Assembly: GCA_001724265.1 (NCBI GenBank)
Contig: MEDY01000167.1
Coordinates: 1 to 58,129, forward strand
Origin: Rhizaria sp. SCN 62-66
Taxonomy: Eukaryota
Reading direction: 5' to 3'
Length of the DNA: 58,129 nucleotides
Shown: positions 11,701-24,068 of the stretch, piece after piece
Layout: each line of letters begins with the position of its first letter
Position numbering within the stretch: position 1 is the first letter of the stretch
Notes under the pieces: model-generated
What the model was told of the DNA's origin: nothing
Database searches by the model: none
The model's input: the letters and a program-made list of their open reading frames with translations, nothing else
Made by a program: the position numbers and the translations under genes

Positions 11701-14700
11701 CCGAGCCCGCCAGCTACCCGAAACTCTCTCCGGTCGGCTACCTCGTCTTCAACCGCGTGATGCTGTGCTCGTACGCGCACGACATCGAGAACGCTGCGCG
11801 CCGCGTGATCGCACACGACGCCTCGCGCCTGCCGCCAGAGGCCGCCTCGGCCGCCACGGCGGGCACCTCGGTCACGGCCGGTAGCACGGGCGCCGGCGCC
11901 GCACTCATCCCCTACGCCCCCAGTCAGAGCGGCAACAACGGCAACGCGATCGTGAGCACTGGCTCCGGCTCCGGCACCGGCTTGGTCAGCGCCAACAGCG
12001 GTAGCAGCGGCGCCAGTCTGGCGCCGCCGAGCGTGGTTCTCTCGGCCGGCACGCCCGTGCCCCCCGGCTCTCGCCCCGGCTCCGCGCACGGCCGCGCGGG
12101 CGCGCCCCCAGGCACGCCCGGCTTTCGCGGGAGCGTGGCGGGCGGCTGGCTAGGCATGGCGCGCGGCTACAGCGCGGCTCTGGCTCACGGTCACGCGCTG
12201 CCGTCCTCGCACCCCGGGTTCGTGCAGTCCGTCTGCCCACTCGACACCGTCGTGGTGATGCTGCTGGAACAGGCGCGCGTCACGGGCGCGCTCGGCAACA
12301 TGAAGAACCAGAACGCACTCGGTGTCTACAAGGCGCAGCGCGAGATCGCCAAGCTCCGCACGCTCGAAGGAGGTACGACTATTCACACTTCATGCGATAT
12401 AACAAGGATTTATAAAGCTTTTATGAATATCTATTGTATCTATTGTATTTTATTTGTATTTATTGTTTTTACGAAGCTTCAAGGTCGATTGTTCACCAGT
12501 TGTGTTAACTTCTCTGCTTTTCCTATTTCTTTTCCACGATAGGCATTCTGCCGCCCCTGTGCTTCGCGTACATCGCCCACCTGTGCCTGCCCCGCACCAC
12601 CGTCCTTTCCGTCCCCACCGCCGACGCTCTCAGCAACGCCGCCGCGGCCGACTCGACCGCCCTGGTCCCCGCCGGCGCCGGCGCTGGCGCTGGCTCGGGC
12701 GTCAACGCCAGTGTCGGCGCCGGCTCCACGAGCGGCAACATCACACAGGCCGCCGTGTCGCGCGGCCAGTTCTCGTCTGTCGCGCTCGCCACGGCCGCGG
12801 CGGCCGCCAACAACGGCGCCAGCACCCTCCCGCCCTCCAAGGGCTCCGGCGTCGTGTCTGGTAAGGCTAGCAACATCGCCGGCAGCAGCGGCGGCGGCGG
12901 CGGCGCGCTGGTCGAGAGCGGCAGTGCGGGCGCGATGGGGTTATACGTCACGCCCGGCGCGGGCAATGAGGAGGAGGCGCAGGGCTTTGAGGCGCTGACC
13001 ACGACTTTCTCCAACTGGCTGACCAACCGCAAGTATGACTTGTACCACTCTTGGTCCATTGACGCCACCACCGTCCCCGGCCCCGGTACGTTAGTCGAGA
13101 TATCTCTATCGCATATGCATCATTTCGACCATAACTCAATGTTTAACTGTGTTTTGTTTGTGTGCATTTATATCTAGGCTTTTTTTTTTAGTAACTCACA
13201 TGTGTTCTGCTAACTTTTGTTTCTCTTTGCTGCCAACTCACAGGTTTGTACCAGCTGGAGCTCTACACGTGGCGCCTGGGTCAGTACGAGCTTTACAAGG
13301 CGACCCCGCTGACAGCGGCCAAGAAGAACGGCTCGATCTACACTGTGACTTTCCCGCCGCTGACGGTCCAGGGCCTTGGCGTGCTCGAGTGCGAGGGCGC
13401 GATGAAGCCCCGCAAGGTCGCACCTGCCCCGCCGTCGCTGCAGGACCTCGCCGTGCGCCAGGGCCGCCTCGCCGCGCTGTGTACCCCGCCCGCGGGCGTT
13501 GCGACCCATAGTAAGAGTGCGGGGGCAGGCAGCGCCTACTACACGGGCGAGGCGGCCGACTGGGATGATTGCGGACCTGGCGAGGTCCCGGAGGAGGTTT
13601 TCGCCGCGCTGACCCCGCAGGACCAGTCCGAGTTCGTGACGGGCGACTCGCGCTTCGGCGACACGCACCGGCTGCTGTTCGCGCTCTCGTCGCCCAACAT
13701 GGTTCAGAATAAGCACCTTAAGTCCGCGAGCAAGGCCCCCGCGGCCGCCAAGGCCGGCGCCAAGGGCGTGACCCCCGCTGTGGGCAGCCCCAGCGTCGGG
13801 CAGGTGGGCCCCGCGTTTAGCGGCTTTCTGGCGCCCGAGGAGGCCGTCGTGCCCACGGTCACCATCACGCCCCCGCTGGCTATTTTCGCGCAGCCCGAGG
13901 CCGAGGACACGGGTCTCACTATCCCCAGTCATGGCGCAGACGGCAAGAAGGGCGGCGGAGGCGGCACTGTGGAGGACACGTTCGCTGTCAGCGCCAAGAC
14001 GCGCGGCCGCCCGGCACACGTCGTCGCGATCAATAACCGGCCGATCCGTTTGCTGCACCCGCTGACCAATACGCTGACCAACAACACCAACGGCAGCGCG
14101 CAGAGCAGCGTCAACAACAACGCTATGCTTGCCAAGAACGCTAAGGACAAGAGGTCCGCTGCGGCCAAGAGCAACGAGATCATGACGATGAACGAGTACA
14201 ACAACACGCAGTACCTGGGCTTCGTCGAAGTGCTCTACGAGGACGTCCGCACCGAGGCCCAGCTCCAGAAGGAGAAGCCCACCGAAGAAAAGGGCCGCTG
14301 CGGTTCCGAAAAAACCGGCGCGGGTATCACGGTCTCTGCGTTGGGCAGCGGCGCGCGCATGGTGGCCGGCGAGGCCGTAGTGTGGTCCGCAGAGGCGCTG
14401 GCCAACCCCGTGGCCGTGGCGCTGCCGCTATGCGATGGCGGCAGCGGCGAGCTCGTGACGGCCTCGCTCGAGGTCAAGAGCGTCACGCTGGCGAGCAACG
14501 TCGCGCAGAGGGACGAGAAGGCTGCGCAGAAGCTCGCCAAAGAGCGCCGCGGCAAGCACGAGGCGCGGGCAGCCGCGCGCGCGGGCGCTGGGGCTGGGGC
14601 TGAGTCTGGGTCTGGCAGCACCACGCCGTCCAACGCTAAGTCGCCCAGCGCCAAGGCGTCAAGGAGCGACAGGGAGGCGGCCGCTGGCGGCGGCAAGACT

Positions 14701-14733
14701 AAGGCGCTCAAGGCAAAGCTCGGTGCTGTGTAA
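5706..14733 (+). CDS. ~2,616-aa protein, mostly low-complexity, with divergent C2-like segments; exons 5706-7961, 8125-8298, 8467-8750, 8974-9141, 9297-10834, 10975-12372, 12543-13085, 13244-14733
   Basis: Seven AT-rich GT-AG introns, all phase-consistent (total 7,851 nt). FTPYVCLQRQRKLPDGRALWDTVASTEP and QIKVSLVD...GFTVTTLREM resemble copine-type C2 strands; the domain call is tentative. Ends TAA. Confidence 0.75.
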
Positions 14734-14788
14734 ATTAAGACGAATCAGCAGAGCAATAAGTTCTTCTTTTTTGAATCATAACCAACTC

Positions 14789-14841
14789 AGCAACAACAGC
14801 AACAACAACAGCAACAACAACAACAACAACAACAACAACAA
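14789..14841 (+). repeat. (AAC/AGC)n microsatellite in the 3' flank
   Basis: Run of aac triplets with a few agc interruptions just after the stop at 14733. Confidence 0.9.
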
Positions 14842-16026
14842 AACAATCGACATAATATCGATCAGAACCAACCTGGAGCCGTTCTGCTTGCGGCTTCAAG
14901 AATATCAATGATGTACAGTCTTTAAAAGAGATGTGCTGTGTAACTTTTACTATATTATGATCCTATCTTATGATCTTACTATTTTTCACGATTTTTTTCT
15001 TTTTCTAGTCAATGGAACGATGGGGGACAACAATTTATGACTTTAACGAATGATGATTGCGACGATTTGACGATGATGCATGATGACGGGAGCAGCCTGA
15101 GATTGATTTTTGTTTTCGGTTTGAGCGGACGAGGATTTAAATATCATGCGTTAATACAGATAAGAATGAAGTGTACACATGAAATTAACACATCATCAAT
15201 GCTTTCAAAGATGACACGTACGCCGTTTTCATATGCACAACAAGGATCAGGATCTTGTCACCTTGGTCTGAGGCGAGCGACCATTTCAGTGCTCATAACA
15301 TTCAGAATAGACTATGAAGTGGGATTGCTTTCAAGTCGTGATAACAAGACGACGATTACACGTTAGTCGAGCAACTCGAGCTGTGCAAGTGTTAACTTAT
15401 ACGACTGGCTGAAATGATGCATTTTGATACATAGTAAGAGTTAATTATCACGCATTTATACATACGACAACAACACTTGCGTTATATCACACATTTCATC
15501 TGACATTCACGTTGTCTTGGTGCGAGTATGCACTTGAATGTGTTTCACCACATATGCTTTTGCAGTCGAGTTGCGAGTCGCCTGACGACGGTCGCGACAG
15601 GTCCACTTCAAGGAAAAGCGTAGCAACGCCCCAAAACTCGTGAGTATAGAATCAAACCGATATACCAAGCTTTATTAAGTTGTTTCATACATTCACTTTA
15701 AATCGGGATGCTACTTACGAGAATTCTGGCCGTATTTCGCAGTGCATACTGTGTGACCCGCGAGTCGGACTTTCCTGTCTTAGAAAAGCGCGACTTTCGT
15801 CATGGATTGTCATATATTTCTTACTGGCCCTTATTTGTTCGGGGAGATCTAAGCGCATTTATGCCGATTTACGACGATTTTCCTTCGCACGTTAGTTTCA
15901 TGTCAGTACGCTCCTTTTTGTGCATTTCGCCACCTAGCCTCCCTTCAGCCGCTTCATCCTTCCCACCAAGGTCTCAAAGCCAAGACAATAATCTTTGTGA
16001 TTCCCCATCACACCCCAGCGTTTAAC

Positions 16027-17397
16027 ATGCGCTCCGCTTTTTTCCGCGCGACGTCCCGCGCGTCCAACCTGCTGTCATCCAGCGCTGGCGCCACCGGCGC
16101 CCTCGTCAAGCGCACCTTCGCGTCGACTACGACTGGCTCCGCGGCCACCACGGCTCTGAAGCGCGTGTCGCGGCCGCTGCTCTTCTCCGCCGCGCTCGCC
16201 GGCACCGCCATTACCGCCCTTGCTGCCTCCCCCGCCAGCGGCAGTAGCACTGCCAGTAGTGGCCACGGGCACGCGTTGTCCCCGCTCGACGTCCCCGAGT
16301 GCCAAGTCTCCACCGCCATACGCGGCATGATCGGCTTCCCCGCCGTGACGGAGCCGGCCTACCCCGAGGTCTCTCACTACGAGGGCCCACCGAAGCCCCC
16401 GGTGCGGCCCCGCTGGTCGCCCACCGCCGAGGCCTTTTTCGCCGACTTTTCCGAGCAAGGGTACGTGCAGATCCCGCAGACGTTCAGCACACACAGCTTC
16501 GTCGCCGGCGGCCACGGCGTTGAGCGCCGCGTGCAGTTCCGCTTCTACGTCAAGCGCGGCGACGTGCTGCCCAACTCCGACTTCTCGCTCGCGCCAGCAA
16601 CCGGCGGCAGGACCATCGACCCCAAGGCCAAGGCCGCGCTAGCCGAGGCGAGCCCGCTCCAGGCTGGTGCGTCAGTGCTCCACGGCACACCGCATCACAC
16701 GACAAACAACATCAGCAGCAAGGTGATTGACAAGGCGGCTAGCGCTCCTGTTGCTGCTGCTGCTGTGAAAAGCGATGCTGCGGCTGCGGCCCCTGTGTCC
16801 AAGAAGGTCTCTGCGACGACCGTGTCGGACTTTGACCCCCAAGGCAACGTGCTGTCGCTCTCTGGCATAATCCACTTCGGGCCCGACGCTCAGGGCCCCA
16901 AGGACTGCGTGCACGGCGGCGCCATTGCGGCCCTTGCAGACAGCGCGATGGGCCAGGCCGTCGCCGCGGCGGGCATGAGCTGCGTCACCGCCAACCTCAG
17001 CGTCAACTACCGCTCCCTCATCCGTACGTCGAGTTTCTCCCGATATTTCAGCAAAGCGTAATATTTCTGGGTTATATCGCTGAAAATCTAGCTGAAGTTT
17101 CATCACAATACGTATTATTGCCAAATTCAATGTTTTTCTTTTATTTTAATTTGTTTGAGTTCATTTCGTTCTAATCTTCCTCCTCTTTTTCTGCTTTGTT
17201 ATCATATATCTCCAGCGCTCGACACTGACGTGCTGATCAAGGTCGTAGTTCCGGCCCTGGAGGGCCGCAAGGGCACGGTCCGTTTCGGCCTCTTCAGCCC
17301 TGCCCGCGACGGTGAGACGCCGAAGCTGTATTCAGAGGGCACGGGGCTGTTCATCATGCCTAAGGAGTGGGCCGACAAGTACTTCGGCAAGCACTAA
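16027..17397 (+). CDS. Hotdog-fold acyl-CoA thioesterase (THEM4/PaaI-like), probable mitochondrial targeting; exons 16027-17023, 17216-17397
   Basis: FGPDAQGPKDCVHGGAIAALADSAMG...VTANLSVNYR is the THEM4-type signature. N-terminus MRSAFFRATSRAS...KRTFAS. One GTACGT..CAG intron. Ends TAA. Confidence 0.85.
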
Positions 17398-17494
17398 ATG
17401 CAGGCTTGCTCTCGAGTGGCGTTGTATTGCGGGTACGATACGCCCGGATTATACCTCGACAAACACTTAGCGCACGCATTTAGTCCACGTGTCG

Positions 17495-17555
17495 CTGCCG
17501 CCGCCGCCGCCGTCGCCGTCGCTGTTTCTGTTGCTGTTGCTGTTGCTGTTGCTGT
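17495..17555 (+). repeat. (GCC)n followed by (GTTGCT)n simple repeats in the 3' flank
   Basis: gccgccgccgcc... then gttgctgttgctgttgctgttgct read directly. Confidence 0.8.
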
Positions 17556-18786
17556 ATCGAAAGTCGAGCGCTAAATATTGCGTGCTGCACTTATTTTGTT
17601 TCATTGGAAGCTGAATGGTTATTTAAGTTTGGTTGGAGGTTCTTTTGTTGAAAATACCCTTGTATATTTGTGATTTTGCGTCGATGTTGGCCACGCTATA
17701 CTCAGAGTGTTGATGCATTATTGCTCCGACCGGTTTCTGAGTGTGGTTGCTGTTGTTGCTGTTGTTCGTGCATTGGCGTTTGTGGTTAGAATAACCTTGG
17801 TGTGACGTTTATAGTTAGGAGTATATGTAGGATTATGCACTTTATTATCAAGATAAACACACAGTTTAAGACGAATATTCAGCGCATTCATATTGCTTTC
17901 TGTATGCTCAGGTGCCTCAGATGATGCTGTCCTCGTACCATTGACCGCAGTAACATCGGCTCTCTCAAATCATCAGAATCATCTCACGAAATTCTTTCTT
18001 AGTTCACATCGCACACACACACTGTAGCGCTTACAGTTGCACACGTAACGTGTTCACGTCTTGCTAAATCTGTACGAAGTACAATTCTGTCGTCAATTCT
18101 GTCGTTTCAGTCTCGGCGCCAGTGCCAGTGCCAATGCCAGTGCCGGTGCCCGTGTCAGTGTCGCCGGAGCCGGAGTCGTTTCCTGAGCCCGTGTCCACCG
18201 GGATTTCGTTGTGTCTGATGACGTTTTACAAGTATGCGAAGCTTGCCAGGCTTTTATGGAGCCTCCCCAAGGTGAAGCCTCACACGAACTCCATCGTTCG
18301 GCGCAAGCGCAAGGCCCACATTGCCGAGTAACTTGGCTTACAGGAGCGATGAAGTGTTGCAAACATTGAAAACATATGTTTAAGTTTGTCAATCTGCGTT
18401 TCCACATGTAAAAACAACGACACACGATGTAAAATAGCGATTATAACAACATATTTAGATTCAGCTTGGTATGATGATTGATACCACGGTGACATATACT
18501 ACGAAATTATGCGTCGATCCAGTGTTGCCAGATTTGGAGGCGGACGGTCGAGACGCTAGGCGACAGCGAGGCTTCTTTCAGATGAGTGTATCTCGACAGA
18601 AGTCCGTTCTTTCGATAAGCCGGCGGAATATCATATTTAAAAACACATTTTCGCTGTTTTAACCTATTTATACATTCTCAATTCACGTTTCGTGCTCTAT
18701 ATCCTAACTTAGGTTCCCACTCCTTTCGAGGCGATTCAGAGCACACCTACTTGCTTCCCTGCCGTCCGTTCACACTCGCAACGGTG

Positions 18787-19739
18787 ATGTCAAGCTCTGC
18801 CAACGCGCCCATAGCGATGAGCGCTACTGGCAAGAACGTTGCCGAACAGCACGCTGCTAACAACGCGAGTGGTGGCGCGAACACTAGCACGGCGAGTGCG
18901 CCAGCGAGCGTCAGCGCCACCAACAACACCAAAAGCAACGACGATGGCGGCGACGATGACTTCCTCTCAATCCTGCCCGACCTCTCCGTCTTCACGCTTA
19001 ACGCCAACTACGAGAACGCGCCCGACGTGACTAACACCCTGACAAAGCTCGCAGGCAGCACTGCTGCACTGTCTAAGAGCTTCGCCGCAGTGGCCGAGGC
19101 GTCGGCGTCGCAAGTCGGCGAGCTGACGGAGTTTATGGTACGCTTCAATATAGGAACAAAATGCCAATATATCTACGTATAACACTACATTTTACGTTGT
19201 ATTAACATTTTAATTGATATAGGTATGATTTATAGCGAGGAATTGCAGTTTCAACGTAAAATATGAGTCGCTGACACCATCCGCTTCATTCGCTTTCGCG
19301 TTCAGTTTGGACAACTAGAGAAGCTTGCCGAACATGCTGAGGCCACCCGCGATGCTAGCGAGGTTTTGGCGGTGCAGAGCGAGGTTTTTATGGCCAAATG
19401 CGCACAGCTCAACCGCCAGCTGTCGCGTTTGGACAGGCTGGAGGGGCAAATCGCCTACGTCGAGGTACGCATATAAAAACAAAACTATCTCAAAATATCT
19501 TTAAATCATGGATACGAAGCTCTGTTTAACGCCAGATGTATGTTTATTACAACATATCAGCCTGTTTTGTTTCACCAAGCACTCACATGTGCGATATACA
19601 TGCTGTTTTGCGTCTTGATTGCGGCCCTCTTCAGAAGCACTTGCCTCAGCTCGAGGTGCTGGTCGACGCCCGCATCAAGAGGGCTGAGGCCGAGAACGCG
19701 GCCGCGAAGCACAGGCAGCATCAAGCTGCGGCCAAGTGA
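18787..19739 (+). CDS. Small coiled-coil protein, weakly BLOC-1 subunit-like (cappuccino/BLOC1S4 or BLOC1S2 type); exons 18787-19137, 19306-19464, 19635-19739
   Basis: Two phase-0 GTACGC..CAG introns. Heptad segment KCAQLNRQLSRLDRLEGQIAYVEKHLPQLEVLVD. Family call is from recollection only. Ends TGA. Confidence 0.65.
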
Positions 19740-20058
19740 AACGCTGTTGGTAGACAGTGAAGCCATGACGCGCATACTCAGTGCGTACGGACCAGAATGG
19801 AACGGTGGCCACTGCTTTAGGGGCTTTGAGATGGCATATTGAAGGCCATAACTGTGACAAATACAAATAATTCAAACAAGTACATTGATTTAAACGTCTA
19901 GGTACACTATACTAGAATAACCACTCTATGGACTAATGTTCTGTTAGTCATGTCCTGGATTTTGTTGTTTGTACACATTGATTTGTGGTTGGGGCGTTGG
20001 ACTGGAGTCATGATAGGTTTGCGCGCGAAGATCTGCCGTCTTTGGCCTGACATTAAAG

Positions 20059-20067
20059 CTCCGTCAA
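20059..20067 (-). promoter_or_regulatory. Candidate promoter element TTGACGGAG upstream of CTF8
   Basis: CTCCGTCAA on + strand, ~90 nt before the ATG. Confidence 0.4.
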
Positions 20068-20158
20068 CGGATATAAAACCGATATTCCAAGAAAGAGAAC
20101 TAGAAATACTCGTTGTTTTTCTTTTAATACTTTCTGAGTGTGCTTTTGTGGTGCGCAA

Positions 20159-20863
20159 ATGAGCGACTCCGAGTTGTCTACAATGGTGTCTGAGGCCGTT
20201 GCCACCCTCTTCCCCAACGGCACCCCTTTCGTCCACAATGGGCAAGCCTTCATCCGTAGCCCCGAAAACCCGCTTGAGTGGACGTATCTGGAGCTGCAGG
20301 GGGAGATTCAGAACAACATCAACCCGTCCACGCACAAGGGCACGCTCTCGGGCGCCACCGGGGACCACCTGTGGGCGATGCCGCTGGGCGAGTTTACAAA
20401 CGATCCAAAAGTACGTGAAAATTGAACGAAACAAAATGCATGTACAATTTATGACGACATTATTTATGTATATATACTATCTACTCGTTTTAGCGACTAT
20501 CTTTAACGTTTTGTAAGCGAGTTACTCAACAACTCTTATCTTCTTGGATTCCCTGCAACTCTCATCCAGACGCCGACGTTGCGCATCGGCAACAACTTGC
20601 TCAACGGCGCCCGCAAGAAGCTCGCCAAGCCCCTGCTTGTTACCCGCAAGGAGCCCGACCTCCCCGCTCCCGCTAATAACGGCTTGGCTTCTTCGAGTGA
20701 TATGAGTGAGGCGATCAACCCACAGTCGTTTCTGACGGAGCCTGCCGCCAGTACCACCGCGACGAGGCTCGTCGTCGTCGGTGTTATCAGGGAGAAGATC
20801 GTGTTCGACTCGCGGCCCACGCCGATCATCTCGTCGGCCTCTACTGTTACGCTCTCGAAGTGA
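20159..20863 (+). CDS. CTF8: Chromosome transmission fidelity protein 8 (Ctf18-RFC subunit); exons 20159-20410, 20570-20863
   Basis: EWTYLELQGEI, LRIGNNLLNGARKKLAKPLLV and VIREKIVFDSRPTPII match Ctf8 blocks. Ends TGA. Confidence 0.9.
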
Positions 20864-21229
20864 AGCCGCTGCCGCCGCTGCCACCGCGGCTGCTGCTACT
20901 GTTTGGCCAACGAGCGAGTCATTGCATGCTTCTTTAGACAAGATGGCCAGTCTTATGTTGCGAGACAATGACGTATCACTTGGATGTAGAGCGGAAAACG
21001 AGAAAATACATTATGGATTGCTTCTCACGACATAAACTTTGCGCAAGATGCTTCGAAAGTTGGTTGCCATGCAACCACAACAACTGTGTATTGTGTCTGT
21101 CTGATCACGTCAGCGCAGACCCGTGTTATTCATCGTGAAATAAGAAATATTAAGAAACTCCATTAAGGACACTCTATAGAAATAATACATATACCCTGCC
21201 AATATTGTGTCTAGTCGGATACTTATTAT

Positions 21230-22423
21230 TTAGACACGCACTTGTTTGTTCTTGCTCTGCGCCTCCTTCAGAGCCTTCATCACCGTGTCAAACGTGAAGA
21301 ACACCGTCGCAGCGCCCGGAATGCCACGGGTAAACGCCACGGACCACCCGCGCCACAGCGCGCCTAAGCGTACAGTACACAGTGTGGGTGCACACAAAAC
21401 AAACAAATAAATAAAGTGAAGTCAATCGACAAATGTGAGATGACACAACAGTAGTGACAGTAGGCACAACAATATGATCGAAAGAGAGCGAGAATACCCA
21501 CAATCAACAAATATACGGTGATTTTCAGACTAATATCACAAATTCAGCAATCTAATGCCTCGTATATGTTGCGTTTCAGTGTTTTACGCCGCACACGTAC
21601 CCACCCCACCCTTGGCGAGGAGCTCTTTGAGAAGTACTGTCGCGCTACGGCCCGTCGTGTCCGTCTGCACCACGGACTTGATGGTGTCCAGCGGCAGCGC
21701 AACCGACCAGAAACCCACGCCCGCGCACGCGCCGGCGATGATGTTGGTCGCGGCCAGGGACAGCGAGGGGAAGTGAGAGGACAGAGAGCGCTTTGCCTGT
21801 TCGTTGGAGGCGTAGAAAGCTGCGACGCCTGGCATGTCGCGCAGCAGCGTAACGCTGAGCCCGCGCCAGAGCGAGAGGACGCCGCCCGTGGCCACGATGC
21901 TGCGCAGCGCGTGCACGGGGCCGCGGTACACGGTCGCGTTCGCAGCACCCGCAGCGCCAGAGGCGGCAGAGGCGACAGTGGCAGAGGCGGGTTTGGCTGC
22001 ATTGCTGTACTGCACCATGAGGCGGTTGCGAATCAGCTCAACGGGGGTCACGACGAGCGTGTTAACGCCGCCGGCAAGGCCGCCGCAGAGGGCCAGCTCC
22101 CCGAGAGACAGCGGCGCAGCTGCCGCCGCCGCCGCACTAGGTTTGGAGCGGAGCGAGATGAGCGTCGACTGCGCGCCGTTGTAGGCAGTGAACATCACGC
22201 TCTTGTACACGGCCTGCGCAACAAGCGGGAATGCCATGCCCTTGTACAGCGCGCGTGCGCCCTCGGCGGCCACGGTCTGCCGCGCGCAGTCGATCGCGCC
22301 AGTGAAGCGCGTCGAGGTCTGCAAGCGCGTTCGGATCGTGTCTAGCGGGTGCGCGACCAGCGTGGAAGCGATGCCGGCGGCGCTGCCCGCAAGCACGGGG
22401 TTCCAACGGGACCAGTCGGACAT
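21230..22423 (-). CDS. Mitochondrial carrier (SLC25; carnitine/ornithine/basic amino acid group); coding exons 22423-21601, 21363-21230
   Basis: Three PX[DE]XX[KR] motifs (PLDTIRTRLQ, PVELIRNRL, PLDTIKSVVQ) plus LYKGMAFPL, LWRG..RDMPG, LWRGW..RGIPG. Ends TAA. Confidence 0.92.
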
Positions 22424-23047
22424 CTGCACAGGGGAAACAAAGCAATGGGGTGATGTTAGAGAGTAGATGAGGGGGATGCGACAAGCGGTGACGTCGTTTG
22501 GGGGGAGCGTCGCCAAGGAGAAAGGAGCGCGTACAAGCCAGGTTATCTGTCCACATGACAAATATCATCCACATTATGCGGTTTAAAAGAACAGTTGAAC
22601 TACATCAAGCAACAGTTCATACGTTGCTGCAACAATTTGGCGGAGATATGCAAGAGCACGTCTCGATGACAAGGAGATACGTCCTTCAAGTCTCGAAGTT
22701 CGAAAAAAGGAGAAGCTGGTGCGCATGGCATATATGCAATACAAGACTTTCAAAAACAGGTTTAGTCATGTCAAACTCTAAAAGACTTAAGGCAATCACA
22801 GCATGCGGTATGACGTTGCATACACTGCTGGAGAGCCTGGTTTTGGTTGTGCATTCTCACCGCATAAGACCGAAAACCGTTTTGTGGTGGTTGCTTGGTC
22901 AGTCTGACCAAATCGTCCCGGACCTGCCGCGACGGAGGCTGTCACGCAAATGTCTGCATCTCAACGAGACGAGTTCCAACCAAAGCATAATTTCAGTATA
23001 ATATACCCACGTCACACATTTATTTTGCGGCACTATTGCTCTTTCTA

Positions 23048-23056
23048 TTGACGGAG
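23048..23056 (+). promoter_or_regulatory. Candidate promoter element TTGACGGAG upstream of the ankyrin gene
   Basis: ~140 nt before ATG 23194. Confidence 0.4.
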
Positions 23057-23193
23057 AAGCTGTCTAACCCGACATCATTTCACATATCACCGCTATTTCT
23101 GCTCGCCCTTCCGCCAAGCATCCTTCCCGAGCTTCCCACAGCGAGTAAACTCCTCGATCCCTTCTGAAAGCAGGCCTTTCACGCATAACCGCA

Positions 23194-23510
23194 ATGTCCG
23201 GGCGCGGCATCGCGAGCATTATGCGCGCGGCCTTCCCCCCGCGCAGCCCTTTCGTCTCGCCCGTTCCCTCCCGTCTCCGCCCTACCTCCGCCACTACATC
23301 CACCTCAGTCGCCGCCGCCGCCGAAGCCGCCGACACCGCCGTCGCCGTTGCCACCGCTGCTGCTGCCGCGAGCCGCCCAGCGTTGTTGCACGGGGACGCG
23401 GCCGCGACCAGCTCGCCCCTGCTGCCCCCGCTGCCCCGGCTTGTGTCGGTCGGCGAGGTCTGTGACGAGTCAAAGCCAAAGCCACTACCACAACTACAAC
23501 AGCAGCCACA

Positions 23511-23542
<32 letters not shown>

Positions 23543-24026
23543 GCAGCAGCATTACAAGCGCAGCCGCGCCCCAATCAGGCACCGCCGTTGTCATTACGGG
23601 CTCGGACAACAGCAGCTCTGTCGCCGGCAACGGCGGCGCGCAGCTGGCCATTGCAGCCACTACCGAGAGACCCTCTGCTTCTCTCGACGCGCCGTGCACC
23701 GTCACCGTCGGCCCACTTGGCCCTCTTGACCCGCTTGGCCCGCTTGCACTTGGCCCCTTCCAGAGCGCGTTCGACCACGCGATCGAGTCAAACGTCAGCT
23801 CTAGCTCTCATGACTCTAACTCTAGCTCTGCCTCCGGCTCTATGAGTCGTAGTCAATATAATCGGCAGGTTGTTGCGGCTGCCACTGCGTTTTCAGACGC
23901 TGCCAACAAAGCTCTTACTTCTGCTGCTGCTGCCGCTGCTGCGGCAGCTGCGTCAGCGACCACAAGCTCGAGCATTTGCGCTGACTCTACGACCGCCACA
24001 CCGGCTGCGGCTGATACTGCTGCTGA

Positions 24027-24068
<42 letters not shown>

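Noticed and set aside
10972-12542. ORF-track entries ending in TAG at 10974 and 12542
   Set aside because: These TAGs are intron acceptors reached by reading into introns, not gene terminators.
21063-21075. X-box-like palindrome GTTGCCATGCAAC
   Set aside because: Lies between convergent 3' ends of non-ciliary genes; treated as a chance match.
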